Shown in pieces: positions 38,727 through 49,858 of a stretch of 64,000 nt of DNA (position 1 is its first letter; the number at the start of each line of letters is the position of its first letter). Both the position numbers and the translations under genes were made by a program. The DNA is from a virus (taxonomy: Duplodnaviria; Caudoviricetes). The stretch lies in the IMG/VR virus record IMGVR_UViG_3300032218_002590, positions 15,379 through 79,378 of that record, one strand, 5' to 3'. The notes below the pieces were generated by a model. That model was not told the origin of the DNA, did no database searches, and worked only from the letters and a program-made list of their open reading frames with translations.

Positions 38727-40529
38727 ATGCCAGTTGTGGGAAGATTAGATCAATATGCATCAATGCTTGCATATGAATTTGATGACTATTCTATGAGTGA
38801 GAACTTGCTTACTTATAGTGAGCAGTTTGACAATGCTTCTTGGTTAAAAAATAACTACAATGTGACTGCAAATGTTACAACGGCACCAGATGGGACATTA
38901 ACAGCAGATAAATTGATTGCAGTTAATGCATCCACATACCACGATTTATATAAGGCACCATCACTGGGTTCAAATACTTATACTCTTTCAATATTTGCAA
39001 AGGCAGCAGAACAAAGTTTTATTCAAGTAAGAATTGATGATGGAACATTGACTAGAGTTGCTATGTTCAATTTATCAACTGGAAGTGTTAGTAGTAGTTC
39101 AAATGTAACATCTTCAACAATTACATCGTATTTAAATGGTTGGTATAGATGTTCTATTACAGTAACAACTAATATTATAAATGTAGTTTTTAATAGTTTT
39201 CCAACTAGTTCTAATGCTACTTATTCTGGTGATGGTGTTTCTGGTATTTACATCTGGGGAGCACAATTTGAATATGGTTCAGTAGCAACAGATTACACAT
39301 CAACAACAACCACAGCAATCAGTAGAGTTCTTGCATCAACAACAAACACAAACATCGCATCAACTGGAACATATTATAGTTCTGGGTTTGATGAAAATGT
39401 AGGATTTACAACACTCCTTTCTGCAAATGTCTTTGCTCCCTATGACCCCGTATATGATCAATTTGGAGGAACTCTATTTGGTGCAGGACAAGGAAGATAT
39501 ATGAGACAAAATATTGATAAGTCAGTAATTGTTTATAATGAAATTGATGAACTTAGCTTAGGTTTATATCCTTTTGATTCTTTTACATTTACTTACGGAA
39601 CTTGGGCACGATCTCCTAATGGCAATAGCGCAACCCCAAGACAAACTACTCAGTCTTCTGCCTCTACTGGAGATACGTTGGCAACATTTAAAAGCATTTA
39701 TAATACTGCAACATATTCATGGATTAATGATACTGCATATTATAATGTTACTACTGCAGGATTTCAAAAATGGACAGCTCCGGCAGACGGAATTTATAGA
39801 ATAATTGTTGCGGGCGCTGCTGGTGGATCTCATCAAGCGCCAAGATCTGGAGGATCTGGTGCCATCATAACGGCAGATGTATCACTAACCAAAGGTCAAA
39901 TTTATACTATACTTGTAGGTAAAACCGGAGAAAATACTGTCAATCTTTCCACTACTAATGCTGGAGCAGGTGGTGGCGGAGGATCATTTTTCTTTATTAA
40001 TGCAACTGACACAACTCCAATAATTGCTGCTGGCGGTGGGGGCGGTTCTGCTCGTGATCGAGCGGGGGTGAATGCAAGTTTGACAACAAGTGGAGCAGAC
40101 GGAAATGGGGGATTAATTTCTGGTGGGGCTATTGGTGGAGTAAATGGCGGAATTTCGACAGTAAACTCTGCAGATGGAAATTATGATGCTGGTGGTGGTG
40201 CTGGTTGGTTAGCTGGAAATGGCGAAATCAATTCTAACGCAAACGATGCTAGTTTTGGGTATGCACCAAGAAATGGTGGGGGAGGTGGATTCCGTAGTGC
40301 TGATGGTACTGATGACTGGGGTGGTCATGGAGGATTTGGAGGTGGAGGTGGAGGTACAACGGAATCCGGTAGTGCTGGCGGCGGCGGAGGATATAGTGGT
40401 GGGGGTAAAGGTAGTAATAATACCACCTATGGAGGTGGAGGGGGCGGTGGAAGTTTTTACACAGGGACTTTAGTATCATCTTCTGCATCTAATACTGGTC
40501 AGGGATATGTAACAATAACTAAACTATAA
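38727..40529 (+). CDS. Virion protein: spike/lectin-like beta-sandwich plus C-terminal glycine-rich domain
   Basis: NLLTYSEQFDNASW...NGWYRCSIT...IWGAQFE; C-terminal AGAAGG...GGGGGSF...GGGGGYSGG...GQGYVTIT. Confidence 0.7.
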   Translation: MPVVGRLDQYASMLAYEFDDYSMSENLLTYSEQFDNASWLKNNYNVTANVTTAPDGTLTADKLIAVNASTYHDLYKAPSLGSNTYTLSIFAKAAEQSFIQVRIDDGTLTRVAMFNLSTGSVSSSSNVTSSTITSYLNGWYRCSITVTTNIINVVFNSFPTSSNATYSGDGVSGIYIWGAQFEYGSVATDYTSTTTTAISRVLASTTNTNIASTGTYYSSGFDENVGFTTLLSANVFAPYDPVYDQFGGTLFGAGQGRYMRQNIDKSVIVYNEIDELSLGLYPFDSFTFTYGTWARSPNGNSATPRQTTQSSASTGDTLATFKSIYNTATYSWINDTAYYNVTTAGFQKWTAPADGIYRIIVAGAAGGSHQAPRSGGSGAIITADVSLTKGQIYTILVGKTGENTVNLSTTNAGAGGGGGSFFFINATDTTPIIAAGGGGGSARDRAGVNASLTTSGADGNGGLISGGAIGGVNGGISTVNSADGNYDAGGGAGWLAGNGEINSNANDASFGYAPRNGGGGGFRSADGTDDWGGHGGFGGGGGGTTESGSAGGGGGYSGGGKGSNNTTYGGGGGGGSFYTGTLVSSSASNTGQGYVTITKL

Positions 40530-40536
40530 TATGAAT

Positions 40537-40544
40537 TATAAATA
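40537..40544 (+). promoter_or_regulatory. T4 late promoter TATAAATA
   Basis: Exact consensus 21 nt upstream of the 40566 ATG. Confidence 0.8.
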
Positions 40545-40565
40545 CAACAAAGGTAATAATTAGTT

Positions 40566-43500
40566 ATGGCAAGAAAGGCAATATTGGAAACTGGATATAC
40601 ATTTACTCCTTCCACAAATACTATCGTCATTCCTCGTGCTATACAAAGAGAACGATTAATACTGATTACAAATGTAACTACAAACACGGTAATTTATAAT
40701 TTTTCTGACTCAAACCTAAAAGCAAATACTTATACTGTATCAACAACTGGTGGTACAAATACAACCACAATTATATTAAATTACAGTACTACTTCAATGA
40801 GTAGTACTGATAAACTTCAAATCACCGTTGATGAATATGATGAGAAATTTAGTCCTTCTGAAGTATATCAAGATCCTGTAAATAAATTTAGAGTATCAAC
40901 TCCGCAAGCACTAATTGATACTGATTTTGAGTATGGAACTCAAATTACCAAATGGGAAAATTTGGTAACAATTAATAATAGACCATTTTCCTATCCATCT
41001 GCATCAAATATTAACGGAATTACAGCAATTAATTTGCCCACAAGTTCTAAAACAGTAACAGTTACAACTACTGCTGGCGGAGCACCTGCAGTTGGAACTC
41101 CAATTACAGTTCAGGATTGTTATTTAAATATTGCCAATGGTAATTATATCGTAGAAACTTCAAACGGATCAACTTCATTTACATATACAGCAAGAGCACT
41201 AAATCCCAGTACTTCATTTGCTGATATTTTTGATCCAAATAAAACAGTTATTTACACTGGAACTACTTATGCTGGTGCCTCCATTGGCGGTAGTCCTACA
41301 ATTACAACTTCTGGTAATGCGGTTACTGTTACTACACCTATTCCACATGGTCTAGCAATTGGAAATGAAGTTGCAATAACTGGAACATCTGCGGCAACGT
41401 CCAATCCACCAAATGGTTCTTTTTCAGTTGCAACTATTAATAGTGCATCGCAATTTGTTATCTATACACAAACTGCTCCAGTTGGTGCTATTTCTGGTGG
41501 TTTAGTTTATGTAAGACCCCAAGGACAAATTTTACACCGTCCATTTGATGGCGGAGTTATTTTTACAAGTAATGCAACTTCTAATTATCAATCTACAACT
41601 CGCCAAACAAGAAGATATTTTCGTTATCAATCTGGTAAAGGTATTCAAATTAGTTCTGGCACAATTCTCAAACCAAATTTACAAATTGATTCTCTTACTT
41701 CTTCTGGAACAACTGTCACGGTTCAAACAAAAGAGCAACACAATATACAACCCGGAATTCCTGGAACTACTGTTACAATTTCTGGAGCAAATGAAAGTGC
41801 TTATAATGGTTCATTTGCAATTACTTCTGTTACTGGGTATAATACATTTCAATATACTGCACTTAGTACACCGTCAGCAACTCCTGCATCTGGAAGTTAT
41901 TATGCCTCTGTAACTGGTTGGTATGGATCTTCAAATAGATTAGGTGCTTTTGATGCACAAAATGGTATTTTCTTTGAATTTGATGGACAAACACTTTATG
42001 CGGTTCGCAGAAGTTCTACTTTCCAAATTTCTGGTAAAGTAACTGCAACGCAAAATTTTACTGTTATTACTCAAACAAATTCAGCATTTCCTACATTTTT
42101 TACAAAGCAACTTAATCTTGGTGATTTTATTGTAATTCGTGGACAATCTTATCGTGTTGTTGATATTGCTGACGATACTACACTTACAATATCTCCAGCA
42201 TATCGTGGAACAACTGCTTCATTTGCAATTGTATCAAAAACCGTAGATACTAAGATACCACAATCATCTTGGAACCTTGATAAATGCGATGGTACTGGAC
42301 CTTCTGGATATAATATTGATTTATCCAAGATGCAAATGTTCTATATGGATTATTCTTGGTATGGTGCTGGATTTATCCGTTGGGGATTTAGAGCTACAAC
42401 TGGTGATGTAATTTATGTTCATAAACTTGCAAATAATAATGTAAATACTGAAGCATATATGCGTAGCGGTAACTTACCTGCTAGGTATGAAACTACTTCA
42501 GAACCACCAAAAACACAACTTGCTGCTACTTTGACTACTGGAGGCACTACACTTACTGTTGCAAGTACCTCAGGTTTTCCAAGTGCTGGAACATTATGTA
42601 TTCGTAATTTTAATACTTATGAATATGTAAATTATACTGGAATTACTACTAACACATTTACTGGATTGACGAGAGGGCAAGCAGGGGCAACTGGGGTAAC
42701 TGTTACTATAGCTATTGGATCAAATAGTGGGACAGTTGCCTCAGCTACCGGAATTCAAATTGGTCAAAGAGTTGTTAATACTACAGCATTTCCTGAAGGA
42801 ACATTTGTATCAGGAATTAGTGGATTAACATTAACATTCAGTCAGGCGGCAATTACTGGAAATCCAACGGGAGTTGCCTTTGCTCCAATGGGGGCAACAT
42901 CAGGACAACTCTTTACTTATACTCTAGGAGACCCAATAGCAATTGAACTTGCATTCCCAACTTATAGCCCAACAATCTCTCACTGGGGTACAAGTGTAAT
43001 CATGGACGGAAGATTTGATGACGATAAATCATTGGTCTTTACTTATGGACAAAATGCATTTACTAATATAACTCCTGGACTTGCTAACCAGAAAGCATTA
43101 TTCTCAATTCGTGTTGCACCATCGGTAGATAATGGTATTGCTGCAGCATTTGGTGCAAGAGAACTCATCAATAGAATGCAGTTGGTTCTTCGTACTCTTG
43201 ACCTTACAACAAAAACAACTGGCGCAAACTTCTTGGTAAAAGCATATTTGAATGGAATTCCATCATCAGCAACTGCTTGGACAAATGCTGTTGGTAATGT
43301 TACTGGACGACAAAATTCCAGTTTGGCACAGATTGCTGATTATGCTGCAGGTACTACAACTTTATCTGGTGGTGAAATTACTGCTGGTTTCTTCGTAACT
43401 GGTACATCAAGTATTGATTTGGACAAAGTTAGGGATTTGGGTAACTGCATACTTGGTGGGGGTGGAGCAAATGCTAATACTCAAATATATCCTGATGGAC

Positions 43501-43589
43501 CTGATGTTCTTACTATTGTAGTAGAAAACGTGGGTTCTTCTGCAGTTGATGTACTCGCAAGACTTTCCTGGACGGAGGCACAAGCATAA
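40566..43589 (+). CDS. Large virion structural protein
   Basis: 1007 aa; LILITNVTTNTVIYNFSD, RVSTPQALIDTDFEYG, RQTRRYFRYQSGKG, SHWGTSVIMDGRFD; late promoter. Confidence 0.7.
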   Translation: MARKAILETGYTFTPSTNTIVIPRAIQRERLILITNVTTNTVIYNFSDSNLKANTYTVSTTGGTNTTTIILNYSTTSMSSTDKLQITVDEYDEKFSPSEVYQDPVNKFRVSTPQALIDTDFEYGTQITKWENLVTINNRPFSYPSASNINGITAINLPTSSKTVTVTTTAGGAPAVGTPITVQDCYLNIANGNYIVETSNGSTSFTYTARALNPSTSFADIFDPNKTVIYTGTTYAGASIGGSPTITTSGNAVTVTTPIPHGLAIGNEVAITGTSAATSNPPNGSFSVATINSASQFVIYTQTAPVGAISGGLVYVRPQGQILHRPFDGGVIFTSNATSNYQSTTRQTRRYFRYQSGKGIQISSGTILKPNLQIDSLTSSGTTVTVQTKEQHNIQPGIPGTTVTISGANESAYNGSFAITSVTGYNTFQYTALSTPSATPASGSYYASVTGWYGSSNRLGAFDAQNGIFFEFDGQTLYAVRRSSTFQISGKVTATQNFTVITQTNSAFPTFFTKQLNLGDFIVIRGQSYRVVDIADDTTLTISPAYRGTTASFAIVSKTVDTKIPQSSWNLDKCDGTGPSGYNIDLSKMQMFYMDYSWYGAGFIRWGFRATTGDVIYVHKLANNNVNTEAYMRSGNLPARYETTSEPPKTQLAATLTTGGTTLTVASTSGFPSAGTLCIRNFNTYEYVNYTGITTNTFTGLTRGQAGATGVTVTIAIGSNSGTVASATGIQIGQRVVNTTAFPEGTFVSGISGLTLTFSQAAITGNPTGVAFAPMGATSGQLFTYTLGDPIAIELAFPTYSPTISHWGTSVIMDGRFDDDKSLVFTYGQNAFTNITPGLANQKALFSIRVAPSVDNGIAAAFGARELINRMQLVLRTLDLTTKTTGANFLVKAYLNGIPSSATAWTNAVGNVTGRQNSSLAQIADYAAGTTTLSGGEITAGFFVTGTSSIDLDKVRDLGNCILGGGGANANTQIYPDGPDVLTIVVENVGSSAVDVLARLSWTEAQA

Positions 43590-43591
43590 AA

Positions 43592-46500
43592 ATGGCAAAA
43601 CTCAAATCTGGCACAAGAATTTACGGAACCGCAACAATAGACACAAGTGTTGTTGTAGGTTCCGTCGTAACATTAAGTTCTTCTGGTATTCAATCTACCG
43701 CTCAAATAACTTCTACTGGTACTGTTTCTGGTACTAATATTACTACAGGAGGAAATGTTACTGGTTCCTCTGCTTCTGTAGTAAACGCAGTTACATTTAA
43801 TAATGGTGGTGCTGGTGCTGCCTCTGGAACTACGTTTAACGGTTCTGCTGTTCAAACAATTTCATACAACACTTTGGGGGCTTCGCCCCTGGCTGGGTCT
43901 TCTAGTTTAACCACAACTGGTACTGTAACCTCTGGTACTTGGTCTGGTTCGTTTGGTGCTGTTTCTGGTGCTAACTTAACAAGTCTTACTGCAGGAAATT
44001 TAAGTGGTACAATACCTTCAGCAGTATTAGGTAACTCAACTGCCTATGTTGGTACTACAGCAATTCTTCTTAATAGAGCATCTGCAAACCAAGCCTTAAC
44101 TGGTATTTTGAGTGTTGCTATGCCCGGTTCCACTTCAGGAACAATTACAGTACAACCAACTGCCGTTGCTGGTACTAACACTATTACTCTCCCGGCTAGC
44201 ACCGGCACAGTAGCCTTGACTTCAGATTTAGGAAACGGAACCCTGACTATGGCTGTGTCTGGCACAGGTCTATCTGGGTCTGCGTCTTTTACTGCAAATC
44301 AGTCGGGTAATACAACATTTACAGTAACTTCCAACGCAACCAACGCTAATACTGCTTCTACAATTGTTGCTAGAGATGCTTCTGGTAATTTTAGTGCTGG
44401 TACTATTACTGCTGCGGCATTAACTGTTAGTGGTGATTTAACGGTTAACGGTACAACTACAACAATTAATTCAACAACAGTAACTGTAGATGATAAAAAT
44501 ATTGAACTTGGTTCTATTGCATCGCCAACTGATACAACTGCAGATGGTGGCGGCATTACATTAAAAGGTACTACAGATAAGACACTAAACTGGTTAAGTG
44601 CTACTGGTGCATGGACTTCTTCAGAAGATTTCAATCTTGTTACTGGTAAAATTTATGCAATTGCTGGTACAACAGTTCTTTCTGCATCTCAAGTTCTCGG
44701 TAAAACATTGCCCTCAGGAGTTGTTATTGGATCCACAGATACTCAAACATTAACTAACAAAACAATTGCTGCAGGATCTAACACTATTAGTGGTCTTACC
44801 AATAGTAATTTAAGTGGTACTGCTGGTATTACTAACGCCAACCTAGCAAACTCCACAATATCTGGTGTTGCTCTTGGTTCAAACTTAGCTACCCTTACAA
44901 TGGGTGTTTCTGGAACTGGATTATCTGGATCCACAACTTTTAATGGTTCTGGTGCAGCAACGTTTACGGTTACAATTAATGCAACCAACGCTAACACAGC
45001 ATCTACAGTAGTTGCTAGAGATGCTTCTGGTAACTTCAGTGCTGGAACTATTACTGCTTCATTAACCGGTGCTGCTTCACTTAATGTGCTGAAAGCAGGA
45101 GACACGATAACAGGTCAACTGATTTCAACATTAGCAAACTCCACAACAACTGGTGGAGGTCAAATCTACCTGAATGGTGCAACTGGAAACCGAATTGATT
45201 TTAATACAAATGGTGTTGCTGCTCCTGCTATTGTTGGTGCGACTGGCGCTACAAGAAGTGTTGGAACCAAGATTATATTATATCCAACTGGTACTCCCGC
45301 ATCTGAAGTTGATTTTGCATTTGGTGTGGAAGCTACTGCTATATGGTCTTCTGTTCCAAGTTCATCACAATCATTCAAATGGTATGCAGGAACCACAAAC
45401 ATTGCAACCCTGAGTGGGCTTGGGGCTCTTTCTGTTACAGGAACAGTTTCGGGTACTAATATTACAACCGGAGGTAATGTTACCGGTTCTTCTGCTTCCG
45501 TAGCAAACTCAGTAACCTTCAATAATGGTGGTGCTGGAGATGCCAGCGGAACAACTTTTAATGGATCCGCCGCAAGAATAATTTCATACAACACAGTTGG
45601 TGCATCACCTTTAGCCGGTTCTAGTAGTTTAACAACAACTGGTACTGTAACTTCTGGTACTTGGTCTGGTTCTTTTGGTGCTGTATCTGGTGCTAACTTA
45701 ACATCTTTAAATGCATCAAATCTTGGTTCTGGTACTGTACCAACCGCAAGATTAGGTACAGGTACTGCTGATGCTACAACATATCTACGAGGTGATAATA
45801 CTTGGGCAACTGTTACTAGTGGTAGTAGTGTAACAGTAAGTGATGATACTAGTACAAATGCCGTAAGATATCCTATATTTGAAGACATAACTTCTGGAAC
45901 CAGTACCACTGTTAATGTTTCTTCTACAAAACTTACATTCAACCCATCAACTGGAGTATTATTAGCAACTGGATTTAGCGGTTCTGGTGCTAATTTAACA
46001 AGTCTTCCTGCAGGAAATCTTTCTGGAACAATACCTTCAGCAGTATTAGGTAACTCAACTGCCTATGTTGGTACTACAGCAATTCTTCTTAATAGAGCAT
46101 CTGCAAACCAAGCTCTAACGGGAATTTCAAGTGTTGCGATGCCTGGATCTACTTCAGGAACAATCACATTACAACCAACTGCGGTTGCAGGTACTAATAC
46201 CATTACTCTTCCAGCTAGCACTGGCACTGTTGCGTTAACTTCAGATTTAGGAAACGGAACTTTGACTATGGCGGTTTCTGGAACAGGTCTTTCTGGATCA
46301 GCAACGTTTACGGCAAATCAATCTGGCGCTTCAACCTTTACAGTAACTTCAAACGCAACCAACGCTAATACGGCGTCAGCAATAGTTGCTAGAGATGCTT
46401 CTGGTAATTTTAGTGCTGGTACTATTACTGCTGCACTTACTGGCAACGTAACAGGTAATGTTACCGGTTCTTCTGGTTCTTGTACTGGTAATGCTGCCAC

Positions 46501-49500
46501 AGTAACTACTAATGCTAACTTAACTGGTGACGTAACTTCTATTGGTAACGCAACTTCAATTGCTGCCGGAGTTATTGTTGATGCCGACATTAATGCATCC
46601 GCTGCTATTGCAGATACTAAATTAGCAACTATATCAACTACAGGAAAAGTATCTAATAGTGCTACTACTGCAACCAGTGCCAACACAGCATCAACAATTG
46701 TTGCTCGTGACGCATCAGGTAATTTTAGTGCTGGTACAATTACTGCTGCCGCATTAACTGTGAGTGGTGATTTAACTGTTAACGGTACAACTACAACAAT
46801 TAATTCAACTACAGTAACTGTAGATGATATAAATATTGAGCTTGGTTCTATTGCATCACCAACCAACACAACTGCAAATGGTGGCGGTATTACTTTAAAA
46901 GGCGCTACAGATAAAACGATAAACTGGTTAAGTGCTACTGGTGCATGGACTTCTTCAGAAGATTTTAATCTTGTTACTGGTAAGGTTTATGCGATTGCTG
47001 GCACAACAGTTCTTTCTGCATCTCAAGTTCTCGGTAAAACATTACCTTCAGGAGTGGTTGTTGGTACATCAGATACTCAAACATTAAGCAACAAAACAAT
47101 TAGTGGCGCTAACAATACTTTATCCAACATTGCCAATGCTTCTCTAACTAACTCCACAATTTCTGGTATTGCTTTAGGTGCAAATTTAAATACTCTTACC
47201 ATGAATGTTTCTGGAACTGGTTTATCTGGTTCCACAACATATAATGGTTCTGCTGCAGCAACGTTCACGGTTACAATTAATGCAACTAACGCTAATACAG
47301 CATCTACAGTAGTTGCTAGAGATGCTTCTGGCAATTTTAGTGCTGGAACTATTACTGCTAATTTAACCGGTAACTGCTCTGGTTCTTCGGGTTCTTGTTC
47401 TGGTAATTCTGCAACTTCTACTTACGCTACTTATGTATCATCTCCAGATGGAGATAGAAATTCCGGTACTAAGTTACCAACAACTACTCCTCAGTCAGTA
47501 AGATTTGACTTTTCTTCTGCTAGTTCAGCAGGCACTGGTGGAAATTATGCTGGAGTAATGACCTATGCTCCATGGACAGGAACTACTGCATCAACAGGAG
47601 ACGCAAGTTATCAATTAGCATTTGGATCTACTGCTACTAATGGGGGGGGCATTCCCAAATTAAATATTAGAAAAGGTATTGATTCCACCTGGAACTCTTG
47701 GTACACTCTTTTACATTCTGGCAATTATACTGATTATTCCCCGTCATTGACAGGAACAGGAGCATCAGGATCTTGGGGCATTAGCGTTACTGGTTCTTCT
47801 GCTTCTTGTACTGGTAATGCTGCTACTGCAACATCTTCACCACTCTTAAGTGCTCTTGGCAACTATGTTTGGACTGCATCCACATTACCAACAAGTTTCA
47901 GTTCCGGTATAACATGTTCATTTGTTCAGGCATCAAATGGATTCCAAAATTATGGGTCTGTAATGACCATGAACACCTATTCTGGAGGTGGAGGTTCGTT
48001 ACAACTTTATGTACCTTATTCTCCAACTTATGGTGGAACAGGTCTTCAGGTTAGATTTGGTAATTATGATGTTTCTTCAGGAAATTCTTGGACTTCCTGG
48101 AAGACTTTATTAGCAAGTGATAACTATAATTCCTACGCCCCAACACTCACAGGAACAGGTGCATCAGGTTCTTGGGGTATTAATGTTACTGGTTCTTCTG
48201 CTTCTTGTACTGGTAACGCTGCTACTGCTACTACTGCATCTAACTTAACTGGTCTTACCCTTAATAGTTCAGCAGCAGCAATAAATCCTGATAGTGTAAC
48301 TCAAAACCAAATTGGATATGATAGTAGCGTATCTCTATTTGGACAAAGTGATGGTGGATTATATTCATCGGCATATTCAAGTTCTTGGATTCATCAAATA
48401 CATGGAGATTTCCGTACAGGACAGATTGCAATTCGTGGTAAGAATAATGGAACTTGGCAAGCATGGAGAAGAGTCTTAGATAGTACAAATTATTCGGCAT
48501 CTAATGCCTGGACTCCAAACCTTACAAACATAACACCTTCATTTACATCTCCAGGAACTTTCACAAAAACTAGTGGAACCAATTCAGTATGGGATTCTCA
48601 AATTTATTCTACTGAAGGATATACCACTAATGTATTTGTGTCTTGTTCTGCTGCACAAACAAATGGTTGGATTATGTGGGGTCTCAACTCCGACCCAACA
48701 ACTGATGCAAGTTATTCAAGTTTAGACTATTCTTTCTATTTTGTAGGGGATGGAACTTTACGCATTTATGAAAGTAATGTTGATGTAAACTATTCTGGAA
48801 CATATGTTGCAACTGATGTATTGACTATCATTTATGATGGAACCAACATATCCTATTTCAAAAATAACACATTAGTCAGAAGAGTTGCAAGGGCATATTC
48901 TACTACTAAACTATATCTTGACTCATCTTTCTATACACTGAATGCATCTCTTAATAACTTGAGTTTTGGTGTCATTCCAATTACCACCACAGTTCAGGCA
49001 GGTGCAGACCAGGCAATCGTAAATCAAAATGATGGCAATTCTTCTACTTGGTACGGTAGAATTCTTTCCAAAAATGCTACAAGTGATAAGGCTGCATTCC
49101 TTGGTACTTACGGATCTATTGCCGGTGTATTTGCTCACAATAATGCTCTGAATGCCTGGGCAGATATTTATGTTAATACAGTTGATGGATCTAGTGGTGG
49201 TGCTGTAAGAATGCCGTCTTCGGTATTTTTAAATGGCAATCAGGCACTTCATGCAGGAAATTATAATTCTTATTCCCCAACACTCACAGGAACAGGTGCG
49301 TCAGGTTCTTGGGGTATTAGTGTTACTGGTTCTTCTGCTTCTTGCACAGGTAATGCTGTAACTGCTACTACTGCTGGTGCTCTTACTACTGGCAATAATT
49401 ATCAGGTCAATTCATTCGGTGTAGGTACTGCTCCTTCTGGAACTACAGGTGAAATTCGTGCAACCAATAATGTAACTGCATATTATTCTGATGAAAGATT

Positions 49501-49834
49501 AAAAGAAAACATAAAACCAATTACGAGTGCTCTTTCAAAACTTCTTACATTAAGAGGAGTTACATTTAATAGTAACAAAGTTGCAGAACAATACGGATAC
49601 ACTGATAAAAAAGAACAAGTCGGGGTAATTGCTCAAGACGTAGAAAAAGTCCTCCCTCAAATCGTAGTTTCTGCTCCATTTGATATTGCACAAGATGAAG
49701 ATGGGAACGAGTATTCAAAGAGCGGGGAGAATTATAAAACTGTTCATTATGATAAACTCGTTCCGCTACTAATTGAAGCAATCAAAGAACTTAAATCCGA
49801 AATTGAAGAACTCAAGTTAAAAATATCTACATAA
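43592..49834 (+). CDS. Long tail fibre with C-terminal peptidase S74 intramolecular chaperone
   Basis: 2080 aa; internal duplication; knob-like modules; YYSDERLKENI...LRGVTF...GVIAQDVE...YDKLVPLLIEAIKEL. Confidence 0.88.
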   Translation: MAKLKSGTRIYGTATIDTSVVVGSVVTLSSSGIQSTAQITSTGTVSGTNITTGGNVTGSSASVVNAVTFNNGGAGAASGTTFNGSAVQTISYNTLGASPLAGSSSLTTTGTVTSGTWSGSFGAVSGANLTSLTAGNLSGTIPSAVLGNSTAYVGTTAILLNRASANQALTGILSVAMPGSTSGTITVQPTAVAGTNTITLPASTGTVALTSDLGNGTLTMAVSGTGLSGSASFTANQSGNTTFTVTSNATNANTASTIVARDASGNFSAGTITAAALTVSGDLTVNGTTTTINSTTVTVDDKNIELGSIASPTDTTADGGGITLKGTTDKTLNWLSATGAWTSSEDFNLVTGKIYAIAGTTVLSASQVLGKTLPSGVVIGSTDTQTLTNKTIAAGSNTISGLTNSNLSGTAGITNANLANSTISGVALGSNLATLTMGVSGTGLSGSTTFNGSGAATFTVTINATNANTASTVVARDASGNFSAGTITASLTGAASLNVLKAGDTITGQLISTLANSTTTGGGQIYLNGATGNRIDFNTNGVAAPAIVGATGATRSVGTKIILYPTGTPASEVDFAFGVEATAIWSSVPSSSQSFKWYAGTTNIATLSGLGALSVTGTVSGTNITTGGNVTGSSASVANSVTFNNGGAGDASGTTFNGSAARIISYNTVGASPLAGSSSLTTTGTVTSGTWSGSFGAVSGANLTSLNASNLGSGTVPTARLGTGTADATTYLRGDNTWATVTSGSSVTVSDDTSTNAVRYPIFEDITSGTSTTVNVSSTKLTFNPSTGVLLATGFSGSGANLTSLPAGNLSGTIPSAVLGNSTAYVGTTAILLNRASANQALTGISSVAMPGSTSGTITLQPTAVAGTNTITLPASTGTVALTSDLGNGTLTMAVSGTGLSGSATFTANQSGASTFTVTSNATNANTASAIVARDASGNFSAGTITAALTGNVTGNVTGSSGSCTGNAATVTTNANLTGDVTSIGNATSIAAGVIVDADINASAAIADTKLATISTTGKVSNSATTATSANTASTIVARDASGNFSAGTITAAALTVSGDLTVNGTTTTINSTTVTVDDINIELGSIASPTNTTANGGGITLKGATDKTINWLSATGAWTSSEDFNLVTGKVYAIAGTTVLSASQVLGKTLPSGVVVGTSDTQTLSNKTISGANNTLSNIANASLTNSTISGIALGANLNTLTMNVSGTGLSGSTTYNGSAAATFTVTINATNANTASTVVARDASGNFSAGTITANLTGNCSGSSGSCSGNSATSTYATYVSSPDGDRNSGTKLPTTTPQSVRFDFSSASSAGTGGNYAGVMTYAPWTGTTASTGDASYQLAFGSTATNGGGIPKLNIRKGIDSTWNSWYTLLHSGNYTDYSPSLTGTGASGSWGISVTGSSASCTGNAATATSSPLLSALGNYVWTASTLPTSFSSGITCSFVQASNGFQNYGSVMTMNTYSGGGGSLQLYVPYSPTYGGTGLQVRFGNYDVSSGNSWTSWKTLLASDNYNSYAPTLTGTGASGSWGINVTGSSASCTGNAATATTASNLTGLTLNSSAAAINPDSVTQNQIGYDSSVSLFGQSDGGLYSSAYSSSWIHQIHGDFRTGQIAIRGKNNGTWQAWRRVLDSTNYSASNAWTPNLTNITPSFTSPGTFTKTSGTNSVWDSQIYSTEGYTTNVFVSCSAAQTNGWIMWGLNSDPTTDASYSSLDYSFYFVGDGTLRIYESNVDVNYSGTYVATDVLTIIYDGTNISYFKNNTLVRRVARAYSTTKLYLDSSFYTLNASLNNLSFGVIPITTTVQAGADQAIVNQNDGNSSTWYGRILSKNATSDKAAFLGTYGSIAGVFAHNNALNAWADIYVNTVDGSSGGAVRMPSSVFLNGNQALHAGNYNSYSPTLTGTGASGSWGISVTGSSASCTGNAVTATTAGALTTGNNYQVNSFGVGTAPSGTTGEIRATNNVTAYYSDERLKENIKPITSALSKLLTLRGVTFNSNKVAEQYGYTDKKEQVGVIAQDVEKVLPQIVVSAPFDIAQDEDGNEYSKSGENYKTVHYDKLVPLLIEAIKELKSEIEELKLKIST
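43715..47362 (+). repeat. Large internal duplication in the fibre gene
   Basis: 43715-45063 is repeated as 45437-47362 with two inserts (about 45710-45985 and 46435-46680); ARDASGNFSAGTITA occurs 5 times. Confidence 0.9.
47737..49365 (+). repeat. Three copies of a roughly 95-nt linker (LTGTGASGSWGIxVTGSSASCTGNA) between unrelated modules
   Basis: Copies at about 47737-47829, 48131-48228 and 49272-49365. Confidence 0.9.
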
Positions 49835-49858
49835 ATAATAACATACTATTTAATAACT

